Positions 1 through 13,058 of a DNA stretch of 64,000 nt are shown here, piece by piece. The number at the start of each line of letters is the position of its first letter. The first letter of the stretch is position 1. The notes beneath the pieces are model-generated. The model was not told the DNA's origin, made no database searches, and saw nothing but the letters and a program-made list of their open reading frames with translations. The DNA is from Negaprion brevirostris (taxonomy: Eukaryota). The stretch spans positions 36,977,494 to 37,041,493 of the forward strand of contig JARDVH010000031.1 in the NCBI GenBank assembly GCA_030324005.1, given 5' to 3'. Position numbers and translations under genes: made by a program.

Positions 1-383
1 ACTGTGGGATCGAGGTACCCTTGCAAAACAGCACCCAGGCAGTCTGAAGCCAGCCACACACCAGTGTGTTTAGGCCCTGCCCCTTTCCAGAACTGGCGCA
101 AACCTCCCAACTCTTCAAAAAAGTGACTGTGTAGGAGGATTGCGATGTGGATTATCGCCATTATCTCGCTGCGCCAAAGGCTGGTGATTTCTGTGCAGCT
201 TTAAATATGCAAGTCAGCCACACACTCTTTCTGGGTGCGATCTGGTTCACGCCTTGAGGAAAGGACCCAGAGATTCGCAAACTGTTTGCCGCCAAGCACG
301 AAACAGGTTTTAGGCCCTCACACTATTCTCCATAACTGGCCCGATTTGCTAACAGCACAGCAAGGTTGGAGAATCGCACCCCC
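1..383. mobile_element. Fragment of a non-autonomous DNA transposon (possibly Harbinger-type)
   Basis: CpG-richer block ending GGAGAATCGCACCCCC, resembling the GGG..RATT(C/T)TC termini of MITEs elsewhere in the window. Confidence 0.4.
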
Positions 384-439
384 CACTATCATTTATCAGT
401 GTGTGTACTCCTGAAGCCCCTTTCAATCCTGTTCATCAT

Positions 440-860
440 TTTTAACATTGTTGAATTTTGTATCATTCATAAAATACAAACTGTGCTTTCTATAGCCAAC
501 ACCAGGTCATTTGTATAAATATATATAAAACAAAAGAAATCATGGTCACACTGACCCCTAGGGGATTCCATTTCATCATTCCAGACTCCTCCACCACTAC
601 TCTCAGCCTCTTGTCCCTCAGTCAATTACATACGCAAGTGACCCTGGTTCCTTTAACCATCTGCTTCATTTCCTGAATAAGTCTTCTATCTGGATATAAA
701 TGTATATATATTATGCACCATCTATTTCATAATCTCCACTTCATCAACCCTCAATGTCATTTCACTGAAGAACTCATTCAGGTTATTCAGACACAACTTG
801 CCTTTAAATCTAAGCTGACTATCGCTCACTGTGTTAACATCCTTCTCCAAGTGAGAATTA
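440..860 (-). mobile_element. Highly decayed CR1 LINE reverse-transcriptase fragment
   Basis: Degenerate similarity to the GVPQGSVLGP/YINDL region of other CR1 copies in the window. Confidence 0.5.
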
Positions 861-1602
861 CAATGACTCTATTGCCTCATTAATTAAATACACTGAGTTG
901 CCCTTGATGATCCATTAGCTTATACTGGGAATTGACCACAATCATTTATTAAAACCATTTTTCATAAAATATGGCAAGCTGCTGTCATCTGGGGCAAGAG
1001 CAGGGGCATTTTGATACATGGCTTAAAATCTTTGGAAGTATAATCACACTATGAGAGCCCAAAAATAGACACACCCACACTCTGCAGAACAACATAAAAT
1101 CAGGAACTTTATCTTTGGATTTAAAACTTTGAGGTGAAGGTAGAAACAAAATTAAATCTCAGGGCAGTTATGGAATGTGGAAGTATTTATCTAGTTTTTT
1201 AAAACTTGTTCCTTTACAACACAGTGACAACAATTCTTTGGGCAGAATTATTGCATTTTCAAGACTTTATGTTCTGTTCACACTTATGTTTCAGGAAGCT
1301 GTTGTACACTTAGATTACACACTGCACGCAGAGAAATGTTTGTAGTTGTTAAACTGTTCTCTCTCTGCAGGAGAGGAGAGATCTTAGCTAAGTGAACCCC
1401 CAAGAACATGCCTCATGACTGCTTGGCAATTCTACATTTCCAGGCAGGGACCAATCAACACTTGCTTGAATTGGGATAGAGTTCAACCATATCTGTTGTA
1501 GGGAGGATTAAATTGCCTTCTAACCATTAGTGAAAACTGAGTGGTGGCACTGTATACTCACAAAGAACAAGCAAGCATTGGGCTAGATACTCATAAAGTG
1601 TC

Positions 1603-1830
1603 AGCTTGATTCAATGGTGGCATTTCCACCTCCAAGACAGAGTCCTGGGTTTTAGTTAGATATCAGCAGAGAATCGAAGATCACAGGGAAGCATTATTTA
1701 ATTGACTGAGATGTTCAAATGAGGCCCAACCTTCTTGCTGAGATGAATGCAAAAAATCCCATGGCACTATTTCAAGTTACTTTGGCTAACATTTCTACCT
1801 GAATCAGAGCAAAGTAACTGGTCATTTGCC
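1603..1830 (+). mobile_element. DeuSINE (SacSINE1-like) remnant
   Basis: Deu-domain-like core GAGATGTTCAAATGAGGCCC...AAAAATCCCATGGCACTATTTCAAG. Confidence 0.6.
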
Positions 1831-2060
1831 TGTGTAAATTATCAATGATTGGCAAGGGTATGCTGAAGCCTCAGCCTAGCCACATAGAGCTACTTTCTAT
1901 TTAGCCAGAGCTATGACATTTTCAATTTTGAAGAGCACCAAGGGTCACAGCTCAGTGATCACAATTCCCGATTTAGGCAAATTCAAAACATAGACACCAA
2001 TTTGATTTCAATATTGGGGAAGCAGGAATGAGTCACTCTACATCAGCATTGAAATGCTAC

Positions 2061-2133
2061 CTATTGTCGACAATATTCCTCAAGGAAGATGCTCAAAAAA
2101 GAATTAAGTTCTATATCTTCATCAGTTAAAGGT
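2061..2133 (-). CDS. Candidate last coding exon of unidentified gene
   Basis: gcttcattgaaccag|A; phase-2 start; (L)PLTDEDIELNSFLSIFLEEYCRQ*; a competing acceptor lies just upstream (near 2160). Confidence 0.35.
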
Positions 2134-2257
2134 CTGGTTCAATGAAGCAACGGATGTTACTGCAGGAAGTTTAAAGCATATCAATTTTATTTAAGCTTTC
2201 AATAGCATGACCATTATTTATTATGGTGTTGTTCTGCTTTCAGTAACAGAAAGATCT

Positions 2258-4290
2258 ACGAAGAACAAAGAAAAGTGCAGCACAGGAACAGACTCTTCAG
2301 CCTTCCAAGACTGCGGCGATCATGGTGCCCTAACTAAACTAAAACTAAATTCTTCTGTCCTTACTTGGTCTGTATCCCTCTATTCCTTCCCTATTAATGT
2401 ATCCATCCAGATGCCTCTTAAATGTTGCTAATGAGCCTGCTTCCACCATCTCCTCTGGTAGCGCATTCCAGGCACCCACCACCCTCTGTGTGAAAAACTT
2501 AATCCGCATATCTCCTTTAAACTTTCCCCCTCTCACCTTGAATTTTCCTAGGAAAAGCCTCTGACTATCCACCCTGTCTATGCCTCTTATAGTTTTATAG
2601 ACCTCTATCAGGTCTCCCCTCAGCCTCCGTTTTTCCAATGAAAACAATCCTAGTTTATTAAACCTCTCCTCATAGTTCATACCCTCGAACCAGGCAATAT
2701 CCTGGAGAACCTAATTTTCACTCTCTTCAAAGCTTCCATGTCTTTCTGGTGATATGGTGACCACAACTGCACGCAATATTCCAAATGCAGCCTAACCAAG
2801 GTTTTATATAGCAGCAACATGACTTCCCAACTCTTGTACTCAATGCTCCGGCTGATGACAGCAAGCATGCCATATGTCTTCTTAATGACTTTGGCCTCCT
2901 GTGCCGCCACTTTAGGGAACTGTGGACCTGCATGCCCAGGTCCTTCTGTATGTTAATGTTTCTAATGGTTCTGTCATTTACAGTATAATTTATACCTAAA
3001 TTTGATCGTCCAAAAGGCATCACCTCACATTTGTCAGGATGAATCTCCATCTGCTATTTCTGTGCCCAAGTCTCCAATCTATCTCTATTCTGTTGTATCC
3101 TTTGACAATCCCCAGCACTATCAGCAACTCTGCCAATCTTCATGCCATCTGCAAACTTACTAATCAGACAACCCACATTTTCTTCCAGATAATTTATACA
3201 TATTCCGAACAACAGACGTCCCAGCACTGATGCCTGCAGAATACAACTAGATACAGATCTCTATTCTGAAAAACATCCTTCCACTGCTACTCCCTGTTTT
3301 CTATGACCAAGCCAGTTCTGTATCCATCTAGCCAGCCCACCCCGAATCCCATGTGATTTTAGTTTTTGTANNNNNNNNNNNNNNNNNNNNNNNNNNNNNN
3401 NNNNNNNNNNNNNNNNNNNNNNNNNNNNNNNNNNNNNNNNNNNNNNNNNNNNNNNNNNNNNNNNNNNNNNNNNNNNAATAAAGTTGTTGAGTCAAGACCC
3501 CCCCCCCACACAAAAGCATGTTGCCTGTCACTAACAAGTCCATTTTCCTCCAAGTGTGTATATATTCTGTCCCTCAATAGCTTTTCCAAAAGCTTTCCCA
3601 CCACAAACATTAGGATCACTGGCCTTTAATTTCCTGGATTATCCCTGCTTCCATTTTTAAACAACAGAACAACATTGGTTATTCTTCCATCCAAAGAAAG
3701 TGTGAAGATATCTTTTAATGCCCCAGCTATATCTCCCCTTACCTCCCACAATAATCTGGGATAGATCCCATCTGGCCCCGGTAACCTGTCTACCTTAATG
3801 CAATTTAGGATACCCAAAACTTCCTCCTTTGGTATATTGACAATCACTTGAGTGTTCACACAACTATCTCTGACCTCAACATCTGTCATGTCCTTCTCCT
3901 TGGTGAATACTGATACAAAGTACTCATTAAGGATTTCACTAATGTCCAGTGGTTCCACGCATAATTTCCCTCCATTGTCTGTGAGTGCGCCTACTCTTTC
4001 TCTTGCTCCTAATATATACATAAAAAGCATTGGGATTCTCCTTGACCCTGCTTACTAAAGACATTTCGTGGCCCCTTTTAGCCTTCTTAATTCCACATTT
4101 AAGTTCCTTCCTGCTTCCACTAAAATCCTCAAGGGCTTCATCAGTTTTTAGATGTTAGTCCTATCATATGCTTCCTTTTTCCTTTTGATGAAGTTTATAA
4201 TTTCCCTTATCACCCATAGTTCCTAAATCCTACCATTTCTATCCTTCATTTTTCTCAGGACAGGCCTGTTCCTCACTTCAATCAACTAAC
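2258..4290 (-). mobile_element. CR1 LINE, 3' part of ORF2, disrupted
   Basis: ORF-track peptides PGPDGIYPRLL, LVSDRQHAF, YKTLVRLHLEYCVQLWSP, LGLFSLEKRRLRGDLIEVYK, FFTQRVVGAWNALP; frameshifts and an N gap. Confidence 0.95.
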
Positions 4291-4484
4291 TGCGGAGTAT
4301 TTGTTTCCCTTCTATGTTTTCAGATTTATCAGTGGTGGGAATATGTGTGTATCTGTGAATGCTCTGAGCTCTTCACTGCTCAGTTGCAGTTGCTTAAATA
4401 ATCTTATGCATCCACAAGTGAATACATAAGATTATTTAACCAACTGCATCTGAGCAATCAGAGCAAAGTAGTCCAGGTACTTAC

Positions 4485-4615
4485 AGTAGATGAGAAAAAA
4501 ACTGATGGGTCATTGAATTTAGTTCACTTGCATCTAGCTGCTCCAAGAGTAGATTTTGTAGTCTTTCAATTGGAACAATGTTCAGTTTAAGGGAAAGTTG
4601 TGAAGGGGAGACAAA
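4485..4615 (-). CDS. Candidate coding exon 10 of unidentified gene
   Basis: Very strong acceptor tcttcttgtgtttcttttttccttcattag and donor gtaagt; only phase 0 is open: FVSPSQLSLKLNIVPIERLQNLLLEQLDASELNSMTHQFFSHL; ends in phase 2. Confidence 0.55.
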
Positions 4616-4671
4616 CTAATGAAGGAAAAAAGAAACACAAGAAGACAAAAAACTGCACTGACAACAATGCC

Positions 4672-5030
4672 ATGGTGTAGTGGTAACATCATTGGGCTTG
4701 TAAACCAGAGGCCCAACTAATGCTCTTGGGATGTAGGTTCTGATTCCACCAATGGCAGCTGGTGAAATTTAAATTCAATTCGTAAAACATGGAATTGAAA
4801 GCTATTAACATAACCCTGAAGCTATGACCATCGATTGTCATAAAAACCCATCCAGTTCACTGATGCCATCCGTGTGTGTTCTGGCCTACACGTGACTCTA
4901 GATGTTCAGCAATGTAATTGACTCCTAACTGCCCTCTGAAATGGTCTAGCAAGCCACTCGGTGTAAGGGTAATTTGGGATGAGCAGCAAATGCTGGCCTT
5001 CCCAATGATGCCCACGTTCCATAAAAGTAC
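4672..5030 (+). mobile_element. tRNA-derived SINE (non-HE1) with LINE-derived tail
   Basis: A-box-like GGTGTAGTGGT and B-box-like GGTTC(T)GATTCC; tail AAATGCTGGCCTTCCCAATGATGCCCACGTTCCAT resembles the 3' end of the LINE at 21830-22580. Confidence 0.7.
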
Positions 5031-5530
5031 AAAGAGGAAGCACATACCGCTAAAACACTGATATCGCAAATAGAATTTACATCACGTTCAAATTCTGCGG
5101 CTGTTTTTCTGTGCAGCTTTGCTTATGATGGGGTGGAGATAAGGTAGCTCAAATTTTCTCACCTGAACTCACCAGTGGCAAGGATCCTTCCTGTTCCTCC
5201 GCTGCCTGAAAGATTTGACGTAAAGGAACAATGTCAATAGTAATGTGTCACTTCTGGCACCATCAAAGCAAATGCATTAAAAAAACATATCTAAATAAAG
5301 GCTCCTTATTTTCAGCACCAGAGTGAAACGCACCTTATCACATGTGCACGGGTTCTAGCACATGTACAGAATGTTACACAAACTAGGGAAGGGCCTCACT
5401 AAAAGCTATGTAGGCAGTTATCTTATACAAGTCTCTTGGATGTAGGGGACTCAACAAATTGTACCTAAAGTTTGGGAAGTCAAGTTCCTCCAATATTATT
5501 GGGAGTTGAATTTGCATGATGCATACTTAC

Positions 5531-5562
5531 TGTCAGCCATTCGGGAGCTACGGATCCAGAGT
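5531..5562 (-). CDS. Weak candidate micro-exon 9 of unidentified gene
   Basis: ttttaag|AC...ACA|gtaagt; phase 1 to 0; (D)SGSVAPEWLT; short and selected for phase fit. Confidence 0.2.
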
Positions 5563-6224
5563 CTTAAAATTGTTCTGTTGAGAACTTGATTGGCTGATCC
5601 AGGAACATATAGAGGCAGTAAGGGTGAGGAGGTTTCAGCAGTGGGAAAATAAGGCATCATGAAACTCAGCAAGCCTGGAACTTCTCCAGATTGGAGGCTT
5701 CTTACTGCCAGATGGATTTTACTGAGAAGTTTGGCAACTGAGTGCTTTCCTCAAAGAGCTTGGACAGGAGGAGGTTGAATTAACATGGGATCTCAAAGTA
5801 TACAGTAAGCTCTAGTAATTGGCAAACACCCTGCTCAGCTCAGTGGGGTCAGAGATAGTATTATCATTATGTTACCAAACTGACAAAACAGTTGTGGCTT
5901 GTATTTTGCAGCCGTAGGGTATATGTTAGCAGCTTCCCCCATTTGTTATCCTGTCTGTTGGTTATGGTATACAAGGGAACATTCCTAGCAGCCACCAATG
6001 ACAAGCTGTTTCATTCCCCTCTGGCCTGTAGCATGGCCATTTAAGTGCTTTCCATTTGATGCTCCTGTGTGTGGATTTCTAGCTTTTGCCAGCTTACTTG
6101 AGTACTCAACATACTGGCAGAAATGAGAGTGTTTATGTTGCCCCCAAAGGACTACATGTCTGGTTTCCTAACATAATGAAGGGAGCTACTCGGCAAGTGA
6201 GTGATACCCATAAAAAAGGAGACA

Positions 6225-7482
6225 GTCATTATTAAAGATTTTATAGCAAGGCACTTAGAAAAATTCAAGGCAATCAGGCAGAGTTGAAGTGGTTTTGTGA
6301 AAGTGAAATCAAGCTTAACCAATTTGTTGGTGTTTTTTGAAGGATTTACGTGCGTTGTGGATAAAGGGGAACCAGTGAATTTATGTGATTTCCAGAAGGC
6401 ATTTGATAAGGCGCTACATCAAAGGTTATTGCAAAAAGTAAAAGCTCATGGTGTAACGAATAACATATTGGTATGGATAGAAGATTGGCTAGCAAACAGG
6501 AAACTGAGAGTAGGCATAAATGTTTTTTTTTCTGGTTGGCATGATGTGAAGAGTGATGTGTCACAGGGATCAGTGCTGGGACATCCGCTTTTTATAATTT
6601 ATATAAGTGATTTGGGTCATCAAGGAGGAAATAACGAGGCATCTTGAGGGGAATGGCTTGATAGAGCAGACGCAGCACGGTTTCGTTAAGGGNNNNNNNN
6701 NNNNNNNNNNNNNAGATTAAGTGAATGGATAAAGATCTGGCAAATGGTGCTCAATGTGGGAAAAAATGAAATTCTCCATTTTGGCAGGAAGACTATAAAA
6801 GAAGCTTATTATGTAAATTGTGGGAGATTGCAGAGCTCTGAAGTACAGAGGAATCAGGGTGTCCTAGTGCATGAATCATAAAAGGTTGGTATACAGATGC
6901 AGCAAGAATTCGGAAAGCTAATAGAATGTTATTGTTTACTGCAAGCGGAACTGACTACAAAAGTAGAGAGGTTATGCTTCAGCTNNNNNNNNNNCTATAT
7001 GTAGAATTGGTTTCTTTATTTCAGAAAAAAATTAAATGCATCAGGAGCAGTTCAGCAAATGTTTACTTGACTAAAAGCAGGAATGGGTGGGTTGCCTTAT
7101 GAGGAAAGGTTGAACAGGTTAGGCTTCTATCCATTGGCATTTAGAACGATAATACGCAACGTGATCAAAACCTTTAAGATCCTGAGGGGCATTGACAGGG
7201 CAGATGTGGAGAGGGTGTTTCCTCTTGTCAGAGCATCTAGACCTAGGGGCCTCTGTTTAAAAGAGGTCACACATTTAAGACGGAGATGCACCCCCACCGT
7301 GGATTTCCTGATGATGAGGACTGTGTTCAACAAGGAACCCTGTGGACAGCTGCAGGACCATAAGGCCCCACTGCCAGCGAGAGGACGGTACTTCCCATCG
7401 CCATGAGAGGAAGAAATATCCCAGCGTTTGAATATTTTTAAGGCAGAGCCAGATCGGTTCTTTATTAACAAGGGTGGTGAAA
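6225..7482 (+). mobile_element. CR1 LINE RT fragment
   Basis: KSSLTNLLVFF, DFQKAFDK, VSQGSVLGHPLFIIYISDL, LPYEERLNRLG; internally rearranged; runs into the gap 7483-8405. Confidence 0.9.
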
Positions 7483-8405
7483 NNNNNNNNNNNNNNNNNN
7501 NNNNNNNNNNNNNNNNNNNNNNNNNNNNNNNNNNNNNNNNNNNNNNNNNNNNNNNNNNNNNNNNNNNNNNNNNNNNNNNNNNNNNNNNNNNNNNNNNNNN
7601 NNNNNNNNNNNNNNNNNNNNNNNNNNNNNNNNNNNNNNNNNNNNNNNNNNNNNNNNNNNNNNNNNNNNNNNNNNNNNNNNNNNNNNNNNNNNNNNNNNNN
7701 NNNNNNNNNNNNNNNNNNNNNNNNNNNNNNNNNNNNNNNNNNNNNNNNNNNNNNNNNNNNNNNNNNNNNNNNNNNNNNNNNNNNNNNNNNNNNNNNNNNN
7801 NNNNNNNNNNNNNNNNNNNNNNNNNNNNNNNNNNNNNNNNNNNNNNNNNNNNNNNNNNNNNNNNNNNNNNNNNNNNNNNNNNNNNNNNNNNNNNNNNNNN
7901 NNNNNNNNNNNNNNNNNNNNNNNNNNNNNNNNNNNNNNNNNNNNNNNNNNNNNNNNNNNNNNNNNNNNNNNNNNNNNNNNNNNNNNNNNNNNNNNNNNNN
8001 NNNNNNNNNNNNNNNNNNNNNNNNNNNNNNNNNNNNNNNNNNNNNNNNNNNNNNNNNNNNNNNNNNNNNNNNNNNNNNNNNNNNNNNNNNNNNNNNNNNN
8101 NNNNNNNNNNNNNNNNNNNNNNNNNNNNNNNNNNNNNNNNNNNNNNNNNNNNNNNNNNNNNNNNNNNNNNNNNNNNNNNNNNNNNNNNNNNNNNNNNNNN
8201 NNNNNNNNNNNNNNNNNNNNNNNNNNNNNNNNNNNNNNNNNNNNNNNNNNNNNNNNNNNNNNNNNNNNNNNNNNNNNNNNNNNNNNNNNNNNNNNNNNNN
8301 NNNNNNNNNNNNNNNNNNNNNNNNNNNNNNNNNNNNNNNNNNNNNNNNNNNNNNNNNNNNNNNNNNNNNNNNNNNNNNNNNNNNNNNNNNNNNNNNNNNN
8401 NNNNN

Positions 8406-8690
8406 AGCATGTCTGTTTCATGCCGATTCCAGATGGGCGAACACAGTGGTACAGGGGGAAGTGCCAGTAAAGTTGGGCGCGCAGCCCATTAAGTCAATTT
8501 AAATGCATGCAAAAACGCGCATGCAAAATGCGCCCGTTTCGGTCGAGGTCACAGTTGTGGCCATTTTTGAGCCTTGCTAAAGAGGAAACTGGCGCAGAGG
8601 CATGTGTGGATCATGCTACTCGCCTCACGCCCAACTTTACCAAGTTTTCGCACCCGAGATCATGCGCAACGTGTTGGTAAAATTGGGCCC
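8406..8690. mobile_element. Non-autonomous DNA transposon fragment
   Basis: CpG-rich block ending GTTGGTAAAATTGGGCCC, TIR-like; left part lost in a gap. Confidence 0.4.
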
Positions 8691-8819
8691 ATTGTCAGAA
8701 ATAAGTATTAATCCTGAATTGGTTACAACTTGGAAAAGCTTGCAAACTGCTTTGGAAGAATTGAAGAAGTCTCCAAAAATTCAGTAACTCATAACCCATC
8801 CTGAATAAAAGCCACAGCG

Positions 8820-9158
8820 TCATAGAACCATAGTAACCCTACAGTGCAGAAGGAGGCCAATCAGTCCATCAAGTCTGCACCAACAGCAATCCCACCCAGG
8901 GCCTATCTCCATAACCCCACATATTTACCCTGCTAATCTAATTTACACATCCCAGCAGACTAAGGGACAAGCTAGCATGGTCAACGCACCTAACCCGCAC
9001 ATCTTTGGACTGTGGGGGGAAACCGGAGCACCCGGAAGAAACACACGCAGACACAAGGAGAATGTGCAAACTCCACATAGACAGTCACCCAAGCTGGAAA
9101 TTGAACCCAGGTCCCTGGAGCTGTGAGGCAGCAGTGCTAACCACTGTGCCACCATGCC
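8820..9158 (-). mobile_element. HE1-type V-SINE
   Basis: Reverse complement of GGTGGCACAGTGGTTAGCACTGCTGCCTCACAG...GTGTGGAGTTTGCACATTCTCC with a CR1-type tail. Confidence 0.9.
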
Positions 9159-11193
9159 ATCATTGTTTCATGCTAATTGTATCAGTTCAATTCCTTTTAA
9201 TTACATTGCATTTCAATATTTTTAATTTGTGTTTTCCAATTCATAAAATTCACTTGTTTCTCCAGTAAAACTTTGGTGCCCTCATGTTTGACAAAAAAAA
9301 TGCTTCCAAATGAGTTTTGCTACATCAGCACAACGAGCCATAGTAAATGTGATTGCTTCAGGAATGATTTCACCCTGGTGTATGTCTTGTCTGTGTCTGA
9401 GTAAAAGGTATATACAGTTTCTGTGGGGGAACTGGCCCACTATAGATCCAACCATCACTAAATGCCTTCAGGCTGCAACGGCTACTTACTGAATCAGCTG
9501 GAAGTCAGCACCTCTGCGTGGATACTGGATGAGTTGGCATGGGAGGTGTCAGGGGAAATGGTGATGGGGAAGGACCATGGGTTGGCATGAATTGGTTTAA
9601 AAAAAAGGGCAGCATGGACAAGTTGGGCCGAAAGGTCTGTTTCCATGCTGTAAACCTTTATGACTCTACGACTCAATGAGCTAGCATTAGTTGGCATTGG
9701 GGTATAAAGGGTTATGGGTATGGGGGCCGTGGAGTTGGCAGCCTCTTTTGCTCTTGCCATTCAGGATATCAAAAAGTCAGATATCACTGTAGTTTTCCTA
9801 AGTTTTGCAACTCTTCCATTTTAATAGCTCCGGCTCTCAAACAGGTGGATTGTCCATGAATTTCTTCCAAATGTAACTGAGTTTTCTTCTCTGTATTTTT
9901 AAATTGAACTGAAGCCACCTGCCTATCCTTACACTTTAACTGAGCTGAGGAATGTGTGCTGGTGTTGTATTCCAGTTATGTTTTTTGTAGCAAAGAATTT
10001 TCAGCTTATTTACCCGGTGTTGCAGCCAGCACTTTGGGGCCACCTCAGTTCCCAATTCAAGTGGTGGACCTGCTACTCACTAATTGCTTCCCCAGAGTTC
10101 TCGTGAAGGCTAATTACAGTCAGAGGCAGTGGAGCCTCCGTTCTGTCTGACAGACCAAATTTCTGTGATTAGTGTTACACAATGACAACACTAAATTTGA
10201 TCATTTAAACAAAATTCTTTGGGGCTTTAAATTGAACTTTTGTAAAACTCAATTAAAGAAACTGACATAATATTCACGGATGTGAGAGGGCCAGAGAGTG
10301 AAATGTTTTGTTACCATTTACAGCATCAAATACTGACAGGTCAGAGCATGGTTAACAGCATTCCCTCCCCATGTTAATTACATACAATACCTGAATACTA
10401 ACCTCTCGAGCGTATTCACACCCTCTCATTGTCAACACTGAACATTTTGAATTCTAACTTGAGATTAATATAGTTTATCTGAATAAGAATTAGTTTTACT
10501 GCTGCCAGATTCAGATTCAGTCTTCTGCCATGGTCTGTTATCGATCACAAACTGATTTAAGAGGGTTAACACAGCTTATGCAAGAACAACTTGTAACAGG
10601 TTAGTAATTGTACGTATTATATAGATATATATGTAGTGATATTTCTGTTCCAAAAGAATGAGACAGATTGTAAACTCGGTCAAACACATGGGGAGGAATT
10701 TTGATGGGAAGGATCTGAAAACATATTCTTTTCAATGCTGGCACCCATGCCACTTTTCCAACACCATTCCCAACAGTCAGTGTGTTGCTGAAGGCAGGAT
10801 CCAGCCACACACCTGAGGAAGACCAATCAACTTTCTTAACACACTTGTTGTCAGCTGATCAAGGCTGGTCTGCAATTTTTGTGGGAAGCCAGAGGAACGA
10901 CACTGAAACTGGGACAAGTAGAAGGAGACGGTGATGATGACCCAGTGGAGAACCAGATATGGCCGTGTTAATAAAGTGAGCTCATAAAAGAGTGCACAGC
11001 TAGCGAAGTGCCCATCCATTGGTCTACAGCTGTCCCCAGATGAGGAAGAGCTCTGTGCGTGCTTGGTTATTCTGAGGGAATTTTGAACTCCCAGAGAAGG
11101 TGAGACTATTACAGGGATGTTCAGAAGCAGTGTAAGTGCAGCTCACCTCAATGAGAGGCAGGAAGGTGATAGAGGCCATATTCTCAGCATCAA

Positions 11194-11818
11194 GTGTGCC
11201 CCCAAATAAGTTGTTACCTGGACATGTCAGAGACTAAGTGTTGCAGGAGACTGCACCTGTCCAGGCACATGATACATGAGGTTAGCACACTTAATGCAAA
11301 AGATCTCAAATATCACAACAATACCTACCATCCCTCCTCTGCAACTTTGAATGTCTTCATTTCTGGTTTCTTCCAAGAATCAGCAGCAATCCTTGCTGGA
11401 GTTTTGCAAGTGGCAGCACACCATCACATCTTACAGCTCACTGATACCTTATTTAGGAGAACTGGCAAGTATGTAAAATTTCAAATAGATGGTGTTTTGC
11501 AGGTACAAAGGGTAGTGGGATTTTTCACCATCATTGGATCTCAGCAGAAGCAGGACATCACCAATTGCACCTTCGTGACTATCAAGGTGCCAAGTGAGTG
11601 TTCAGTGCTATTCCTCAACAGGAAGAGTCTCAAATCCCTCAACATTCAGCTGAAAGGTGACTACAACATGTCCTTTATTTATCTATACATTCTCTACCCT
11701 GGTAGTTGCCATGATGCCGTCATCCTCCCACTGCCCAGGATACTGCTGCCCCTCATGTCACGGTCAAAACTGTATCAATGGATTCCAGGGATGAGAAATA
11801 TCCCTTGAAGAAATGGTG
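11194..11818 (+). pseudogene. PIF/Harbinger (HARBI1-like) transposase remnant
   Basis: Motifs CCRRLHLSR, SGFFQ, NCTFVTIKVP, FLNRKSLKSLNIQL, YPGSCHDAVIL; frameshift near 11790 before the GD(E)KYPLKKW motif, followed by a stop. Confidence 0.85.
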
Positions 11819-11894
11819 ACACACATCTTTCTATGATTTCCAGACGGAGGCACAGAGAGCAAACCAGCTGCTTGCAAGGATCGCCATGAAGCAC

Positions 11895-12160
11895 CATTGA
11901 AACCCAACTAGGTTCACTAATGCCTTTTAGGGAAGGAAACCTGCTCTCCTTAATATCCTATGTGACTCCAGTGCCACACTAACATGGTGCAAACTGTCTG
12001 AAAACTCTCCTCTGAAGTGGCCTTGCAAGCCATTCAATTGGATCAATCTATGGAACCAGCAGTTAAAGAATAAGATCCATCAACCAACTTTTCAGGGTAA
12101 CTAGGGGTGATCAATAAATACCAGCCTTACTAACAAGGTTCATGTCTCGGAAATAATTAA
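11895..12160 (+). mobile_element. 3' part of the same SINE family as 4672-5030
   Basis: Shared GGTTCACTAATGCC...GTGACTCCAG...CTCTGAAGTGGCC...GCAAGCCA and tail. Confidence 0.6.
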
Positions 12161-12172
12161 TTCTAAAACTTT

Positions 12173-12495
12173 ATGGTGGCACAGTGGTTAGCATTGCTGC
12201 CTCACAGCACCAGGGAACCAAGTTCAATTCCCGGCTTGGGTTGCTGTCTGTGTGGAATTTGCATATTCTTCCCGTGTCTGTGTGAGTTTCCTCTGGGTTC
12301 TCNNNNNNNNNNCCTCCCACAGTTCAAAGATGTGTGGGTTCAGTTGATTGGCCATGCTAACTTGCCCCTTAATGTCAGGAGCACTAGCAGGGTAAGTGTG
12401 TGGTGTTACAGGAATAGGGCCTGGGTGGGATTGTGATCGGTGCAGACTCGATGGGCCAAATGGCCTCCTTGTGTACTGTATGGATTCTATGATGA
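12173..12495 (+). mobile_element. HE1-type V-SINE
   Basis: Full head-to-tail copy. Confidence 0.9.
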
Positions 12496-12957
12496 TGGAA
12501 CTTATATCCAAACGCCCTTGAATAGAGCCAGCTCATGCCGGAGACGTTTCTACAGCATTGGGAGTGTGTGCTTTGGTCATCTCTTTTGCAAAGCACACAG
12601 CGGGAGGAATATGTTTTCACAGCACTGTTCCTAATGGTATGACACAGACTGAGAGAGACTCCAAAGCAGCAGGGTGTGCCACAGGCAACTACCTGCCTGG
12701 TCCACACAACATCCTTCATTGCCAGAATCAGCACTCTGCCTACTTTTCAATTTATTGCAGCTTGAATTTCCTCAGTTGGCCCATGTTTACAGCATGGGCT
12801 TTTTAATCAAAACCCCATATAGAATATGTCAGCCTCAGAAATGAATTTACAATGTGTGAATCCTGAGGGATAGTACTCATCTCCTATTTCTTAAACATCT
12901 CACCAGTCAGATGTCATTTTGTGTTCCGAGAAACCTTTGACAGCTGGGTTTGATTAC

Positions 12958-13058
12958 CGTGCCGCTGATTAATGCCATGGGGAAGATGGCATAAATAACA
13001 GTGCAGGAGAGTGACTGGTGGTATTTTATTAAGCAATAAAATGTTACTAACTGTGGCA
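12958..13058 (-). CDS. Candidate coding exon 8 of unidentified gene (could instead be a non-coding element)
   Basis: ctctggtgtatttag|T...ACG|gtaatc; phase 2 to 1; (C)ATVSNILLLNKIPPVTLLHCYLCHLPHGINQRH. Confidence 0.3.

Noticed and set aside
7127-8502. Long ORFs of 300-430 aa (also those near 24.3-24.8, 49.4-49.9 and 55.9-56.3 kb)
   Set aside because: They are mostly X, artefacts of N gaps.
12173-12436. Recurrent MVAQWLALLPHS ORFs and tRNA-like sequences
   Set aside because: These are HE1 SINE heads, not proteins or functional tRNA genes.
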